Positions 50,527 to 60,789 are shown, numbered from the stretch's first letter. The stretch is DNA of 64,000 nt from Candidatus Latescibacterota bacterium (GCA_965248755.1 OZ252149.1:2528001-2592000), one strand, 5' to 3'. The notes: generated from the letters alone by a model not told the origin. A program made the numbers and translations.

Positions 50527-51432
50527 TTATTCCCTCCCTCTTGGCGATTCTGAAATTCCCGCAATTCTTTCTCCCGAAACCGATCTATAGATTCCATAAA
50601 GGACGATTATGCTACCTGCGATTCTGAGAGGCGTGGGAGTCTCATAAAGGATAAAATAGGCTAAAACAGCGGCTATGACAGGCTCGGCTAAGAGCGCTAT
50701 AGATACAAAGGATGGAGAAATGCTCCCCAAAGCCCAGTTTATGGAGCTGTGGCCGATGATCTGTGGAACGAGGGCTAAAAGGAAAAGATAAAAGTACGTC
50801 TTTGGGGAATAACCCACGAATTCTTGACCGAAGATCAGGCATATAACTATTAAAAAGAGGGCGGCGGATGTGTAGGTTTTGAATATGTAGCTGTAAAGGC
50901 CTATTTTTTGCCTGAGCTTTCTGCCGATTAACAGATAGCAGGACATGGCGACTGCGCCCAAAAGAGCGAGGATGTCCCCGATCAGCGACTCCGGACCCTT
51001 CTCCCAATCTCCAAAGCCGATTATGACGCCGCCTGCGACGGAGACCGCTATGCCGAAAGCCATTTTGGGAGATACTTTCTCTTTCAGAAAGAAATGTGAG
51101 CCGATACCCACGAAGATGGGGTTTGTAGTAACGAGGACTACAGAGCTTGCCACGGTAGTGTAGCTTAGGGAGGTTATCCATAGGGAAAAATGGAGGGCAA
51201 GGCACAGACCCGAAAGGACCGAAAGTAGAAGATCACCTCTGCTCAGCTTCGTAGGATGTGCGCGTCTGTCCACAAGGACAAACGGCAAGAGCATAAGCGA
51301 GGCTAAAAAGAGGCGGTATGCGGCAATTATTAAAGGCGGAGCGTCGCACAGACGTATGAGAATAGAGGCAAAAGAGGCTGCTGTAATCCCTACAGGCAGG
51401 ACTATGTAAGGAGAAGAATTTAAGCGCTTGAC
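50527..51432 (-). CDS. EamA/DMT family transporter
   Basis: Open frame continues 46 codons upstream of the ORF-track start (SFASILIR..IAAYRL); start codon uncertain. Confidence 0.8.
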   Translation of the reverse strand, partial: VKRLNSSPYIVLPVGITAASFASILIRLCDAPPLIIAAYRLFLASLMLLPFVLVDRRAHPTKLSRGDLLLSVLSGLCLALHFSLWITSLSYTTVASSVVLVTTNPIFVGIGSHFFLKEKVSPKMAFGIAVSVAGGVIIGFGDWEKGPESLIGDILALLGAVAMSCYLLIGRKLRQKIGLYSYIFKTYTSAALFLIVICLIFGQEFVGYSPKTYFYLFLLALVPQIIGHSSINWALGSISPSFVSIALLAEPVIAAVLAYFILYETPTPLRIAGSIIVLYGIYRSVSGERIAGISESPRGRE

Positions 51433-51517
51433 GGAATATCCCCCTTAAAATAGTAGACAGCCTACAGGGTCACGTCCTCCCATCTCCCTCAAGTATACAG
51501 CAGTCAGGAGATCCCTT

Positions 51518-51889
51518 CTACTGTATACTTTTAACAAGACCGTAAAGCATCTTTCCTATTTCTTCAACCTGGTTGATTAACTTTTGGTTGTCCTGTAAGT
51601 ATTCCAAGTCTTTTGAAAGAATTATGTAGTCCGCAACTCCTCAAGAGTTCCCTGAGCGATGTTGTAGAAGCTCGTCTTGTCTTTTAATGTCCGCTTTTTT
51701 AAACCCTTCTGCGATATTTGCTGGAATAGAAACAGCAGCCCTCAGCATTTGAGAAACCAAACCAAATTTTTCCTCAGGAGGAAAGTCTTTGGTGAGTTGA
51801 TAAACATTCAAGACAAGTTGATGAGCTTTTTTCCAGACTTCTAAATCTTCAAACCTGTCTGCTTTTTCAGGACTACTGTCTATTTGCAT
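51518..51889 (-). pseudogene. Four-helix-bundle protein (23S rRNA IVS protein-like), two frameshifts
   Basis: [37 protein letters not shown]; continues [11 protein letters not shown] and IGKMLYGL in other frames. Confidence 0.8.
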
Positions 51890-51972
51890 TTCCCTCGTCT
51901 ACTGTATCTGTCTACTTGTTTGGGGATGAGGGGATGTTCCCAGTCTACTGTCTACTGTTTGCTGTCTACTGG
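51872..51972. repeat. CTGTCTA heptamer repeat array
   Basis: Several (C)TGTCTACTG units; inverted copy at 51451-51490. Confidence 0.8.
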
Positions 51973-51973
51973 T

Positions 51974-52966
51974 TTATCCTCTCGGATGATAAGTTCTGTG
52001 GACTTCCCTCAGATATTCTATATCGATGTGCGTGTATATCTGTGTGTTGGATATGTTGACGTGGCCGAGCATCTCCTGGATAACGCGCAGATCTGCTCCT
52101 CCTTCTAAAAGGTGCGTCGCAAAAGAGTGCCTTAAAGTATGAGGGCTGACTCTCTTGGCGATGTTGGTCATATTCACGTATTTTCGAAGTATCTTCCACA
52201 TGCCCATCCTGGAAAGCGGTTTCCCCCTCCAATTGAGGAATAGAACGTCTCCGGACGCATCGGAGGCGATCTTTGATCTGGCACTATTCAAATAGATGTC
52301 AATCCAGGCAATTGCTGCGCTTCCTATGGGGACTAAGCGCTCTTTGGATCTCTTCCCGAAAATTCTCACCATTCCGATACGATGTTCGCCTTCTCCTTCA
52401 AGCGGATGTTCCGCATCCTCCAGAAGCAGGTCTCCCGTGTGGACGGATATGAGCTCCGAGACCCTGACACCTGTGGCGTAGAGGAACTCAAGCCAGGCCC
52501 TGTCCCTTGTGCCCATAGGGGTACTGGTATCGGGCTGATTTAAGAGGATGTCTACTTCGATGGGGTTTAAGACGTCGGGAAGATGCCTTCCCAGTTTCGG
52601 GCTTTCCACATGTTCTGTGGGATCATCCGTGGATTTTCCTTCATTGAGGAGAAAGCGGTGGAACATCCTTATTGAGGAGAGGTTCCTTGAGATACTTGAT
52701 GACTCCATTCCCCAATCGCTCAAAAGGCGCAAGAGAGACGATATGTCCTCGCGACGCGCGTATTCAGGCGAACGGGCACCCCTGAAGGATAGGAATTCCA
52801 AATACCTTTCGATATCCTTCTTGTAGGCATAGACGGTGTTGCCTGACAGACCCTTTTCGACGGTTATGTAGTCGAGAAATTGATCTAAAAGCTCCTTCGC
52901 CTCGGCGGAATACCTGCTGTGATCATCAGGACGTTCGCTTCGACTGTATGTCTCTAAAGTTTGCAT
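51974..52966 (-). CDS. xerD: Tyrosine recombinase XerD
   Basis: YATGVRVSEL, SPHTLRHSFATHLLEGGADLR, LGH, TQIYTH. Confidence 0.88.
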   Translation of the reverse strand: MQTLETYSRSERPDDHSRYSAEAKELLDQFLDYITVEKGLSGNTVYAYKKDIERYLEFLSFRGARSPEYARREDISSLLRLLSDWGMESSSISRNLSSIRMFHRFLLNEGKSTDDPTEHVESPKLGRHLPDVLNPIEVDILLNQPDTSTPMGTRDRAWLEFLYATGVRVSELISVHTGDLLLEDAEHPLEGEGEHRIGMVRIFGKRSKERLVPIGSAAIAWIDIYLNSARSKIASDASGDVLFLNWRGKPLSRMGMWKILRKYVNMTNIAKRVSPHTLRHSFATHLLEGGADLRVIQEMLGHVNISNTQIYTHIDIEYLREVHRTYHPRG

Positions 52967-53158
52967 TAAGTATCGGCTCAAAAATAGTAACCAGCATACA
53001 GAGGGATCACTTCGTGACTTTTCCCCTTTGCAACGCCTAGGGGCCAAAGCAAACAATGCCATTTCGAGCGCCCCCGACTAAGGCGATCGGGGGGAAGCAA
53101 TCTCTAGGAATGGGAGGCGGTGCCCTACCTGCTGTCTACTGAACTATTGTCGACTAAT

Positions 53159-53659
53159 TTAGGATATATCCAGTTGGGTAATTTCGAGCTTCAAAAGGGC
53201 GATTTTCCAGTCTGTTCCTGCCGAAAATCCACCCAAAGCAGCGTTCGCGGCTATAACCCTGTGGCAGGGAATTACTATGGGAATGGGATTTCTCCCAAGT
53301 GCCGCTCCCACTGCCCTGGAGGCTGCAGGTCTCTTTATTGCCTCTGCTATTTCACCGTAGGTTGCCACCTTGCCGTAGGATATTGATGACGTTTCCATCC
53401 AGACTGCTTTTTGGAAATCAGTAAAGCCTGAGACATCCAGGGGAATTGAGAAATCCACCGGCTCTCCCCTGAAGTACTTTACCATCTGATCCTCGAATTC
53501 AATCAAATCGGGGTAGAAGTCGGAGGCTCGACCTCCCTTTCCAAGTATCCCTATTTCGCCGCTGGTTCTGCGGAATTCTCCTAACTTGACCCTCTTTAGC
53601 TTGCGGTCAGAAAATGCTATTCTCACGCTGCCGAACTGAGTCCTTAAAATTGCGGACAT
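53159..53659 (-). CDS. ogt: Methylated-DNA-protein-cysteine methyltransferase
   Basis: TYGEIA, RAVG.A..NP.PIVIPCHRVI. Confidence 0.9.
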   Translation of the reverse strand: MSAILRTQFGSVRIAFSDRKLKRVKLGEFRRTSGEIGILGKGGRASDFYPDLIEFEDQMVKYFRGEPVDFSIPLDVSGFTDFQKAVWMETSSISYGKVATYGEIAEAIKRPAASRAVGAALGRNPIPIVIPCHRVIAANAALGGFSAGTDWKIALLKLEITQLDIS

Positions 53660-53679
53660 TTTTTTGAGCCCTGTGGATA

Positions 53680-54699
53680 CTACTTGATTCCAACGACCAT
53701 CGAGTCCGGTCCGACAAGATGCTCGACGCGTGTTTGACGAAATCCAGCCTCGCGCATCCAGGAGGTGCAATCGGCTCCAGTGTAGTCGAATCCACCTGGT
53801 GTCTCAATGAGCATGTTCAGGCTCATAAGTAATCCGAACGCGTTCTGGCTACGGTCGTCATCAATTATAGCCTCGTGGATGATTAGCACGCCGCCTTTGG
53901 CCAGTGCATCGTACGCCTTGGCGATCAGCATGTGCTTCTCCTCCAGATTCCAGTCGTGCAAAATGTGTCCCATCACCAAAACGTCTGCTTCCGGCAGTGA
54001 GTCCTCGAAGAAGTTGCCCGGATAGAAGCGCAAGCGCCGGCTTAGCCCAAACGAATTCACGTAGTCCTCAAAGATGGGGCCCACGGACGGCAAGTCGAAC
54101 CCACCTCCTGTGAGGTGACTGTGGCCAAGAGCGACTTGCACCGGCAAGACACCTTGAGCCGTTCCGATGTCAATGAACGTCTGATAATCGGCCCACGGGA
54201 ATTTATTCGCGATCGCCTTTGCCGCACCCATGCTGATACCTGTCATGGCTTCAAGAAATCCCCGCAGCCCAGCAGGGTCGCTATAAAGTGCAGCAAATAC
54301 GTCCTCCCCGTCTTTTGCCTCGTTCTGCGGTCGGCCGCTGCGCAGCGCTTCGGTCAGCGAGCCCCAGAAGGGATAGAGACGCGCGTTGGCCATCTCAAGT
54401 ATGCCTCCAATATAGCCAGGTTTCTCCCGGTCCAGGAAAAGATCTGTCTGGGACGTATTGGCATACCGCCCGTCGCTTCGCTCCAGCATTCCCAGGGCGA
54501 CGAGTGCATCGAAGAAATCCCGTGCGCCGCGCGGGTGGAGTCCAAGTTTCTCGGCAAGTTCATCAATATCTGAGGGACCCTTGGCAAGCTCAGTGAACAA
54601 ACCGATCTCAATCGCACTCAGCAGGGTCTTCGAGCCCCAAAAGCCGAGGCCAAGTTGCATGATTCTATTAGGAGTAGGATCTTCATCATCTTTATCCAT
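53680..54699 (-). CDS. O-methyltransferase (Methyltransf_2 plus dimerisation domain)
   Basis: DIGTAQG, FDLP, GNFF, GHILHDW. Confidence 0.88.
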   Translation of the reverse strand: MDKDDEDPTPNRIMQLGLGFWGSKTLLSAIEIGLFTELAKGPSDIDELAEKLGLHPRGARDFFDALVALGMLERSDGRYANTSQTDLFLDREKPGYIGGILEMANARLYPFWGSLTEALRSGRPQNEAKDGEDVFAALYSDPAGLRGFLEAMTGISMGAAKAIANKFPWADYQTFIDIGTAQGVLPVQVALGHSHLTGGGFDLPSVGPIFEDYVNSFGLSRRLRFYPGNFFEDSLPEADVLVMGHILHDWNLEEKHMLIAKAYDALAKGGVLIIHEAIIDDDRSQNAFGLLMSLNMLIETPGGFDYTGADCTSWMREAGFRQTRVEHLVGPDSMVVGIK

Positions 54700-54770
54700 A
54701 ATCTTCCACCTATCTATTTAATTTTTGTATCTCTGTTGTCTTGAATCTCTGTAAACCTTAGTGTAGAAGT

Positions 54771-56597
54771 TCACACTCTCTTCTGCAAATGATCTTTAAT
54801 CGTCGAAGCAAGCTTTCTTCCTATACCTTGGATAGAGGCTATATCCTCCACATCGGCCTGGGCGATTCTGTTTACTGATCCGAATCTGTTGAGGAGCATC
54901 CGCTTTCTGGATTCGCCAATGCTCTCTATGTTATCCAGTTCGGAGGAGATCGTACGCTTTTGCCTCCTTTTGCGGTGGTATTCGAGCGCGAAGCGGTGCG
55001 CTTCATCCCTTATCGCTTGAAGGAGTCTAAGAGACGAAGAGGTCTTGGGCAGAGTCTGAGCTTCTGATACTCCCGGGACGAATACCTCTTCGAGCCTCTT
55101 GGCAAGACCAATTACGGGCTGTTCGGGCATGCCCACGTCCATCAAAGTGGCGGCAGCACTTGAAAGCTGGCCCTTCCCTCCATCTATCAAGAGGAGATCC
55201 GGCAGTTCCGATCCCTCCTCCAAGAGACGTTTGAACCTCCTTTGTACGACCTCTCTTATCATTGCAAAGTCGTCGGGGCCTTCTACCCTGGAAATCTTAA
55301 ACCGTCTGTATTGTCCCTTTTGGGGTCTGCCGTCCCAGAAACTGACCAATGAGCCGACAGGGTCACTCCCCTGCACGTTGGATATGTCTATAGCCTCTAT
55401 TCTCCTTGGCAGGACTTCGAGCCTTAGATCTCGCTTTAAGGCTTCGACCGAATTAGGAACTCTGTCTTTGAGCTTTTCCCTCTTCAGCCTTCGCTCGGTC
55501 AGGAGGAGCCCGGCGTCCCTCTCTGCCATCTTTATGAGTTTGGCTTTGTCGCCTCGTTCGGGCACTTTGACAGTTACTTTGAACCCGGCAATGTTAGAGA
55601 GCCATAGAGAGATAGAATCCTGTTCTTCTATCTCCAGAGGAAGATGGATCTCTCTGGGCACGCTCGTTGAGGTGAGGTAGAACTGTCTGACGAATCCTGA
55701 TACTATATCAGAGTGGGAGGAATCCAAAACTTTGTCCATAAAGTAGTGCTTTCTGCCGAGCATTTTTCCTGCTCTCACCTCCATAACAACCCCGCAGGCT
55801 TCGTCATCGTCCACACAGACCGCTATTATGTCCCAGTCATCTAAAGTAGCGGTCGCTACCTTCTGCCTATCAGCAAGGCTCTGGATATCGGAAAGACGGT
55901 CCCGGTAGGAGGCAGCTTCCTCAAACCTCAAATTCTCAGAGGCTTCCTTCATCTTCTCTCTGAGATTCTCTATGATGCGGTCATTTCGGCCCTTCAGGAA
56001 GAGCACCACCTCCTCCATCATGCCCTGGTATTCTTCCCTGCTCACAAAGCCCTCGCAGGGTCCCCCACAGCGTTTTATCTCGTACTCAAGACATACTCTG
56101 GTAATACGAGGAGAAGGAAGCGAATCCTGGCAGGTCCTTACAGGAAAGACGCGCCTTATTATCTCCAACGTCCTGCGCATGGCGCTCACGTCGGTGTAGG
56201 GACCGAAATATTCGGCCTTGTCCTTTTTCATCTCTCTCACGACCAGAATGCGAGGATAGTCCTCGTTTGTGATTTTGATGAAGGGGTATTTTTTATCGTC
56301 TTTCAAGGTGATGTTATAGCGGGGCTTGTGTTCCTTGATAAGATTTGCCTCTAAGATCAGGGCCTCTAACTCGTTGTCCGTGATAATGTATTCGAAGTCA
56401 GTTATATTGGAGACAAGGGCCTTAAACTGTATCCTCCCGTCGTCTGCCGATTTCCCAAAATAGGACCTTACCCTGTTTCTTAAAGACTTGGCCTTGCCGA
56501 CGTATATGAGCTGATCACCTCTGTCCTTCATCAAATAGACTCCGGGCTTTTGAGGCAGGCTTTCAAGTTTAAGGGCTATGTTTTCTCTATTATTCAT
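54771..56597 (-). CDS. uvrC: Excinuclease ABC subunit C
   Basis: PGVY..YVGKAKSLRNRV, UVR motif, DISN, LIDGGKGQ, RDEAHRFA, HhH. Confidence 0.97.
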   Translation of the reverse strand: MNNRENIALKLESLPQKPGVYLMKDRGDQLIYVGKAKSLRNRVRSYFGKSADDGRIQFKALVSNITDFEYIITDNELEALILEANLIKEHKPRYNITLKDDKKYPFIKITNEDYPRILVVREMKKDKAEYFGPYTDVSAMRRTLEIIRRVFPVRTCQDSLPSPRITRVCLEYEIKRCGGPCEGFVSREEYQGMMEEVVLFLKGRNDRIIENLREKMKEASENLRFEEAASYRDRLSDIQSLADRQKVATATLDDWDIIAVCVDDDEACGVVMEVRAGKMLGRKHYFMDKVLDSSHSDIVSGFVRQFYLTSTSVPREIHLPLEIEEQDSISLWLSNIAGFKVTVKVPERGDKAKLIKMAERDAGLLLTERRLKREKLKDRVPNSVEALKRDLRLEVLPRRIEAIDISNVQGSDPVGSLVSFWDGRPQKGQYRRFKISRVEGPDDFAMIREVVQRRFKRLLEEGSELPDLLLIDGGKGQLSSAAATLMDVGMPEQPVIGLAKRLEEVFVPGVSEAQTLPKTSSSLRLLQAIRDEAHRFALEYHRKRRQKRTISSELDNIESIGESRKRMLLNRFGSVNRIAQADVEDIASIQGIGRKLASTIKDHLQKRV

Positions 56598-56798
56598 TTA
56601 TAAAAGTTTCACGGTCTCAATATAAAGCTCAATCGCATCGGTGATATTCTCCAGAGCCTCTTCGATTGTTTCACCCTGGGAGATGCACCCTTTCAAAGCG
56701 GGGCAAACTGCACTGTAGCCTCCGACTTCCTCTGGGGTTAAGACTATCGTAAAGGTGTTTTTGTCAGTAGTAACAGTTTTAACTATCTTATCAGTCAT
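56598..56798 (-). CDS. HicB-family antitoxin (short form)
   Basis: GGYSA.CPAL.GC.SQGETIEEALENI.DAI.LY. Confidence 0.85.
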   Translation of the reverse strand: MTDKIVKTVTTDKNTFTIVLTPEEVGGYSAVCPALKGCISQGETIEEALENITDAIELYIETVKLL

Positions 56799-56832
56799 CG
56801 ATAAAGAACCTCTTCCATCGAACACTGTTAGA

Positions 56833-59490
56833 TCACTTCCCTTCGATCTTTTTCTTCCATTCCTCTATTTTTATCAACGCTTGAAGGGGCGTTGTAGAGC
56901 TGATGTCTGTGTTCCTTATCTCGTCTATTACGGGATTTTCAGAAGAGCCGAAGAGGGTCATCTGAAGGTTGTCGGAGGGATGCGCCCTCCGTTTAGGCCC
57001 GGGTGTGTCTGAAATCTCGTGCGATGTTGAACCGTTCCCTTCCAGGTCGCTGAGGACCTCCCTTGCCCTATCCACTACTTCTTGAGGCATTCCGGCCAGG
57101 CGAGCGACATGGATGCCGTAGCTGTGGTCACAGCCTCCAGGGACCATCTGGTACAGGAATACGACATGATCTCCACTTTCGCTTACCGCTACGTTGTAAT
57201 TTTTGACCCTTTTAAGACGTTCTTCAAGTTCTACGAGTTCGTGGTAGTGCGTCGCAAATAGCGTTCTGGGATTGGCTTTAGGGGAGTTATGGAGGTGTTC
57301 CACCGTAGCCCAGGCTATACTCAGGCCGTCGAAGGTGCTGGTTCCTCTGCCGACCTCGTCCAGGAGAACGAGACTTTTAGACGTGGAGTTATTGAGGATA
57401 TTGGCGGCTTCGTTCATCTCCACTAAAAAGGTGCTTTCCCCCCTTGCAAGATTGTCAGACGCTCCGACCCTGGTGAATATCCTATCTACAACGCCGATCT
57501 TCGCCGATTTTGCAGGGACGAAGCTGCCCATCTGAGCCATCAAGACTATCAGGGCGACCTGACGCAGGACGGTGCTTTTCCCTGCCATATTTGGTCCCGT
57601 GATTATGAGTACCTGATCGCTGGAACCGCTTAAGTAGACATCGTTCGGGACAAACTCGCCCTCCTTGATGAGCCGTTCGACCACAGGATGCCTGCCGCCG
57701 GATATTTCTATTGTGTCTTTGTCGTCCACCTGGGGGCGGACGTAGTCATAAGCCGAGGCTACTTCAGCAAGCGATGCAAGGACATCTATGTAGGCTACGG
57801 CTTTGGCGGCTGTCTGAATCTCCCGGACCCTTTCGGCCACCTGGCAGCGTATATCCACAAAGAGGTTAAGTTCGAGCTCCTTTATCCGATCTTCGGCACC
57901 GAGTATCTTGGCCTCCCATTCCTTCAGTTCCGGCGTTATGAACCTGCTGGCATTTACTAACGTCTGTTTGAGGATGTAGTCGTCGGGGACTCTATTCAGA
58001 TTGGACTTGGTCACCTCTATGTAGTAGCCGAATACCTTGTTATATCCCACCTTGAGCGAGGTAATGGCCGTTCTGCTCTTCTCTTTGGACTGGAGGACTG
58101 CTACCCAATCTCTGCCCTCAGAAGTTACGCCTCTCAGACCGTCGAGTTCCTCGTTGTAGCCGTCCTTTATTATATCACCCTCTGCGATAGAAAGGGGAGG
58201 TTCTTCCTCTATCGCGCGGTCGATGAGGTCTGCTACATCGCTTAAGTCCGGGAGACCCGACTCCCTTGTGCGGCAGAGCATCTCCGATGTCTTGCCCTCA
58301 AGGACATCTTTGAGTTGGGGGAGTTTCTTGAGGGAATTTTTCAGCCCGATCAGGTCTCTGCCATTGGCTCTGGCGCAGCACACCTTAGCTATAATCCTCT
58401 CTAAATCGCTGATCTCTTTCAGAACATCCGCTATCTCCATCCTGCACTCAGAATCGTAAAATAGTTCCTCGACAGCGTCAAGTCTCTGCTCGATAGATTT
58501 AACAGAAGTAAGGGGGAGCAGGATCCAGTTCGTTAAGGTCCTTGCGCCCATGGGGGTTTTAGTGCTATCCAAGACGTAAAGGAGCGACGCTTCGCGAGCA
58601 CCTTCTCTCAGGGAGGATAAGAGTTCCAGGTTGCTCTGCGTGGACGGATCCAATATCATATAATCGGCTGAGCGGTATCTGGATATGCGGTTGACGTGGG
58701 AAACATCGCTTTTCTGATTCTCCTTGAGATAGCCCAGAACTGCTCCAGCGGAGCAGATACCGATCTTTAGATCTTCGCAATCGAAGCCCTTTAGAGACGC
58801 TACTTTGAAGTGGTCCAAAAGGGCCTCGTAGGCGGAGTCGTAGAGGAAAGCCCAGTCATCAATCTTTGTCAGTAGAATCTTAGGAAAGAGATCTTCAAAT
58901 TCGTCTTTGAAGCGATCCACCCAGCTTTCCGATGCGACGACTTCTGCGGGGCTTCTCCTCTCTACCTCCTCCCAGAGCACCTCGTTGGGTACCTCCGCAA
59001 CTCCAAAATCACCTGTGGAGAGATCTACTGTGGAGATTCCCGATCTTTGGGAGTCTGAGCACAAGGATAGGAGGAAATTGTTCTTGCTGCCATCCAGGAG
59101 GTTCTCCGATAGGGCTGTGCCAGGAGAGACGATCTGGACGACCTCTCTTTTTACTATGCCTCCACCAGGTTTAGGGGGTTCCATCTGCTCGCATATAGCG
59201 ACCTTCACACCCGCTTTGACCAGTTTGGCAAGGTATCCGTCTAAGGCATGATGAGGCACACCTGCCAAGGGCACATTATCGGACTTTCCGTGATTTCTGG
59301 AGGTTAAAGTCAGTCCCAGAAGATTTGCCCCTATCTTGGCGTCCTCAAAGAACATCTCATAAAAATCGCCCATCCTAAAGAGCAGTATGGCGTCTTGGTG
59401 CTCCTTCTTCAGCTTGAGGTACTGCTCTATCATCGGGGTGGTGCGACCACTCCGTGTTGTCTCATATGACCTTGCCAACGACTTTTTCAC
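56833..59490 (-). CDS. mutS: DNA mismatch repair protein MutS
   Basis: TPMIEQY, GDFYEMF, GPNMAGKST, DEVGRGTST, SYGIHVA. Confidence 0.97.
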   Translation of the reverse strand: MKKSLARSYETTRSGRTTPMIEQYLKLKKEHQDAILLFRMGDFYEMFFEDAKIGANLLGLTLTSRNHGKSDNVPLAGVPHHALDGYLAKLVKAGVKVAICEQMEPPKPGGGIVKREVVQIVSPGTALSENLLDGSKNNFLLSLCSDSQRSGISTVDLSTGDFGVAEVPNEVLWEEVERRSPAEVVASESWVDRFKDEFEDLFPKILLTKIDDWAFLYDSAYEALLDHFKVASLKGFDCEDLKIGICSAGAVLGYLKENQKSDVSHVNRISRYRSADYMILDPSTQSNLELLSSLREGAREASLLYVLDSTKTPMGARTLTNWILLPLTSVKSIEQRLDAVEELFYDSECRMEIADVLKEISDLERIIAKVCCARANGRDLIGLKNSLKKLPQLKDVLEGKTSEMLCRTRESGLPDLSDVADLIDRAIEEEPPLSIAEGDIIKDGYNEELDGLRGVTSEGRDWVAVLQSKEKSRTAITSLKVGYNKVFGYYIEVTKSNLNRVPDDYILKQTLVNASRFITPELKEWEAKILGAEDRIKELELNLFVDIRCQVAERVREIQTAAKAVAYIDVLASLAEVASAYDYVRPQVDDKDTIEISGGRHPVVERLIKEGEFVPNDVYLSGSSDQVLIITGPNMAGKSTVLRQVALIVLMAQMGSFVPAKSAKIGVVDRIFTRVGASDNLARGESTFLVEMNEAANILNNSTSKSLVLLDEVGRGTSTFDGLSIAWATVEHLHNSPKANPRTLFATHYHELVELEERLKRVKNYNVAVSESGDHVVFLYQMVPGGCDHSYGIHVARLAGMPQEVVDRAREVLSDLEGNGSTSHEISDTPGPKRRAHPSDNLQMTLFGSSENPVIDEIRNTDISSTTPLQALIKIEEWKKKIEGK

Positions 59491-59526
59491 TTGAGAAAAG
59501 CTTTCTAGTAAGGACCAATCTAAGTA

Positions 59527-59708
59527 AGATCGCTCCCCCCGATAGATTCAATCGGGGGCGCTCCCGATGACACATGGAGGCTCGCAATGACAGTTCATCT
59601 GGTACAGAGACCTTTTGTCATTGCGAGGGGCTTTTGCCTTGAGTCCCCGATGATTCAATCGGGGACTCAAGGGATGGGAGGCGGTGGCCCCTGTCTACTG
59701 TCTACTGG
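59527..59708. repeat. Composite intergenic repeat region (two mini-palindromes, GTCATTGCGAG repeat, heptamer repeat)
   Basis: CCCCCGATAGATTCAATCGGGGG 59536-59558; TTGAGTCCCCGAT-GATTCA-ATCGGGGACTCAA 59639-59670; GGGATGGGAGGCGGTGGCCCCTGTCTACTGTCTACTG. Confidence 0.8.
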
Positions 59709-60711
59709 TATTCACCACTATCGGTCGTTCGTGAACCCACTTTATGGACAATAAGCTTTCGACCCACTTTTGGGCTTCCTCTTTCGTCTTGTAGGGACCC
59801 ATCCTGACTAAATATGCCGATTCATCGTCTATGGTCTTCATCTCCACGTAGACAGATAGGCCCTTCTCCGAGAGTCTGTTGTAAAGGCTCGTGGCGTTGG
59901 ATGCGTTTTTGAACGCTCCTATCTGGACGGCAAAGTCTCCATCAGAGCCTGAAGGCACGCCTCCTTTTGCTGTAGCGATACCAGGGATGGAGGCAGCTTC
60001 ATAGCTGTTGGGACACTCATGGGCTATTCTTTCCAGAGCCTTTGAGGCGTCTTCCTCTCTCCCGATCTTTCTGTAGGATCGGACGAGGGTCCAGAGGATA
60101 TGGCTCTTGAGGGTCTCTACGTCTTCTCTTTGGAGAAGGCTTTCGCCAAGCTCTACGACTCTTTCGAGGTCTTCCTGCACAAAGTAAGAGTCCATAATTC
60201 CGGACCCGGCGAATATCCTCATTTTTGAATCAGGATAAAGAGTTAACAGCCTTCCGAACTCGGCTCTGGCTAATGCCCAGTCTTTGGTGGCCAGAAAGGT
60301 CATCCCGATTCGATACTGCGCCCTGTCGGCAAGCTCGCTTTTGGGGTACTCTTCGAGCAATCTTCTAAAGTGGCTGCGCGCTGTTATGTAGTATGGTCCA
60401 GAATAGTAGGACTCGGCTATCTGAAAGAGGGCATTGTCCGCTAACTCGTGCCCGGCAGCGACTTCCAACAAGCGCCTGAAGTGATCGTACGATAAGAGAC
60501 CGTCGGTCTCTGTTCTGCCCAGATAGTATAGGGATTCGGGATCGTCGGGATGGCGGATTAAATATTTTTCGAAAATATCCCTGGACTTTTCATATTCCCC
60601 CGACTTGAAAAGGGACTTTGCCTCGTCTAAAGACACTTGACAAAAGGCAAGGTTATATGTAAAAAGGCAGGAGCAGAGCGTTAAAATAGCGGTAATAATG
60701 CGCGGTATCAT
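59695..60711 (-). CDS. TPR and SPOR domain periplasmic protein
   Basis: Signal peptide, TPR repeats (YPKS..A..AQY), VQIGAF...NA..VRMGPY. Confidence 0.85.
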   Translation of the reverse strand: MIPRIITAILTLCSCLFTYNLAFCQVSLDEAKSLFKSGEYEKSRDIFEKYLIRHPDDPESLYYLGRTETDGLLSYDHFRRLLEVAAGHELADNALFQIAESYYSGPYYITARSHFRRLLEEYPKSELADRAQYRIGMTFLATKDWALARAEFGRLLTLYPDSKMRIFAGSGIMDSYFVQEDLERVVELGESLLQREDVETLKSHILWTLVRSYRKIGREEDASKALERIAHECPNSYEAASIPGIATAKGGVPSGSDGDFAVQIGAFKNASNATSLYNRLSEKGLSVYVEMKTIDDESAYLVRMGPYKTKEEAQKWVESLLSIKWVHERPIVVNTSRQ

Positions 60712-60760
60712 AAGTCCTTTATCCTTCTGCCAAACGTCTGTATGCACCTTTGTCACAATA

Positions 60761-60789
60761 AAGATACGTTACTCTCATCCATTTGTCAA
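60761..60789 (-). promoter_or_regulatory. Sigma70-like promoter for the SPOR-mutS region
   Basis: Minus strand TTGACA-17-TATCTT. Confidence 0.55.

Noticed and set aside
51518..51889. Diversity-generating retroelement (Avd-like gene plus near-identical paralog segments)
   Set aside because: No reverse transcriptase in the window, and paralog differences are not adenine-specific.
51974..52966. Prophage or integron integrase
   Set aside because: Motifs and housekeeping context match chromosomal XerD; no phage genes nearby.
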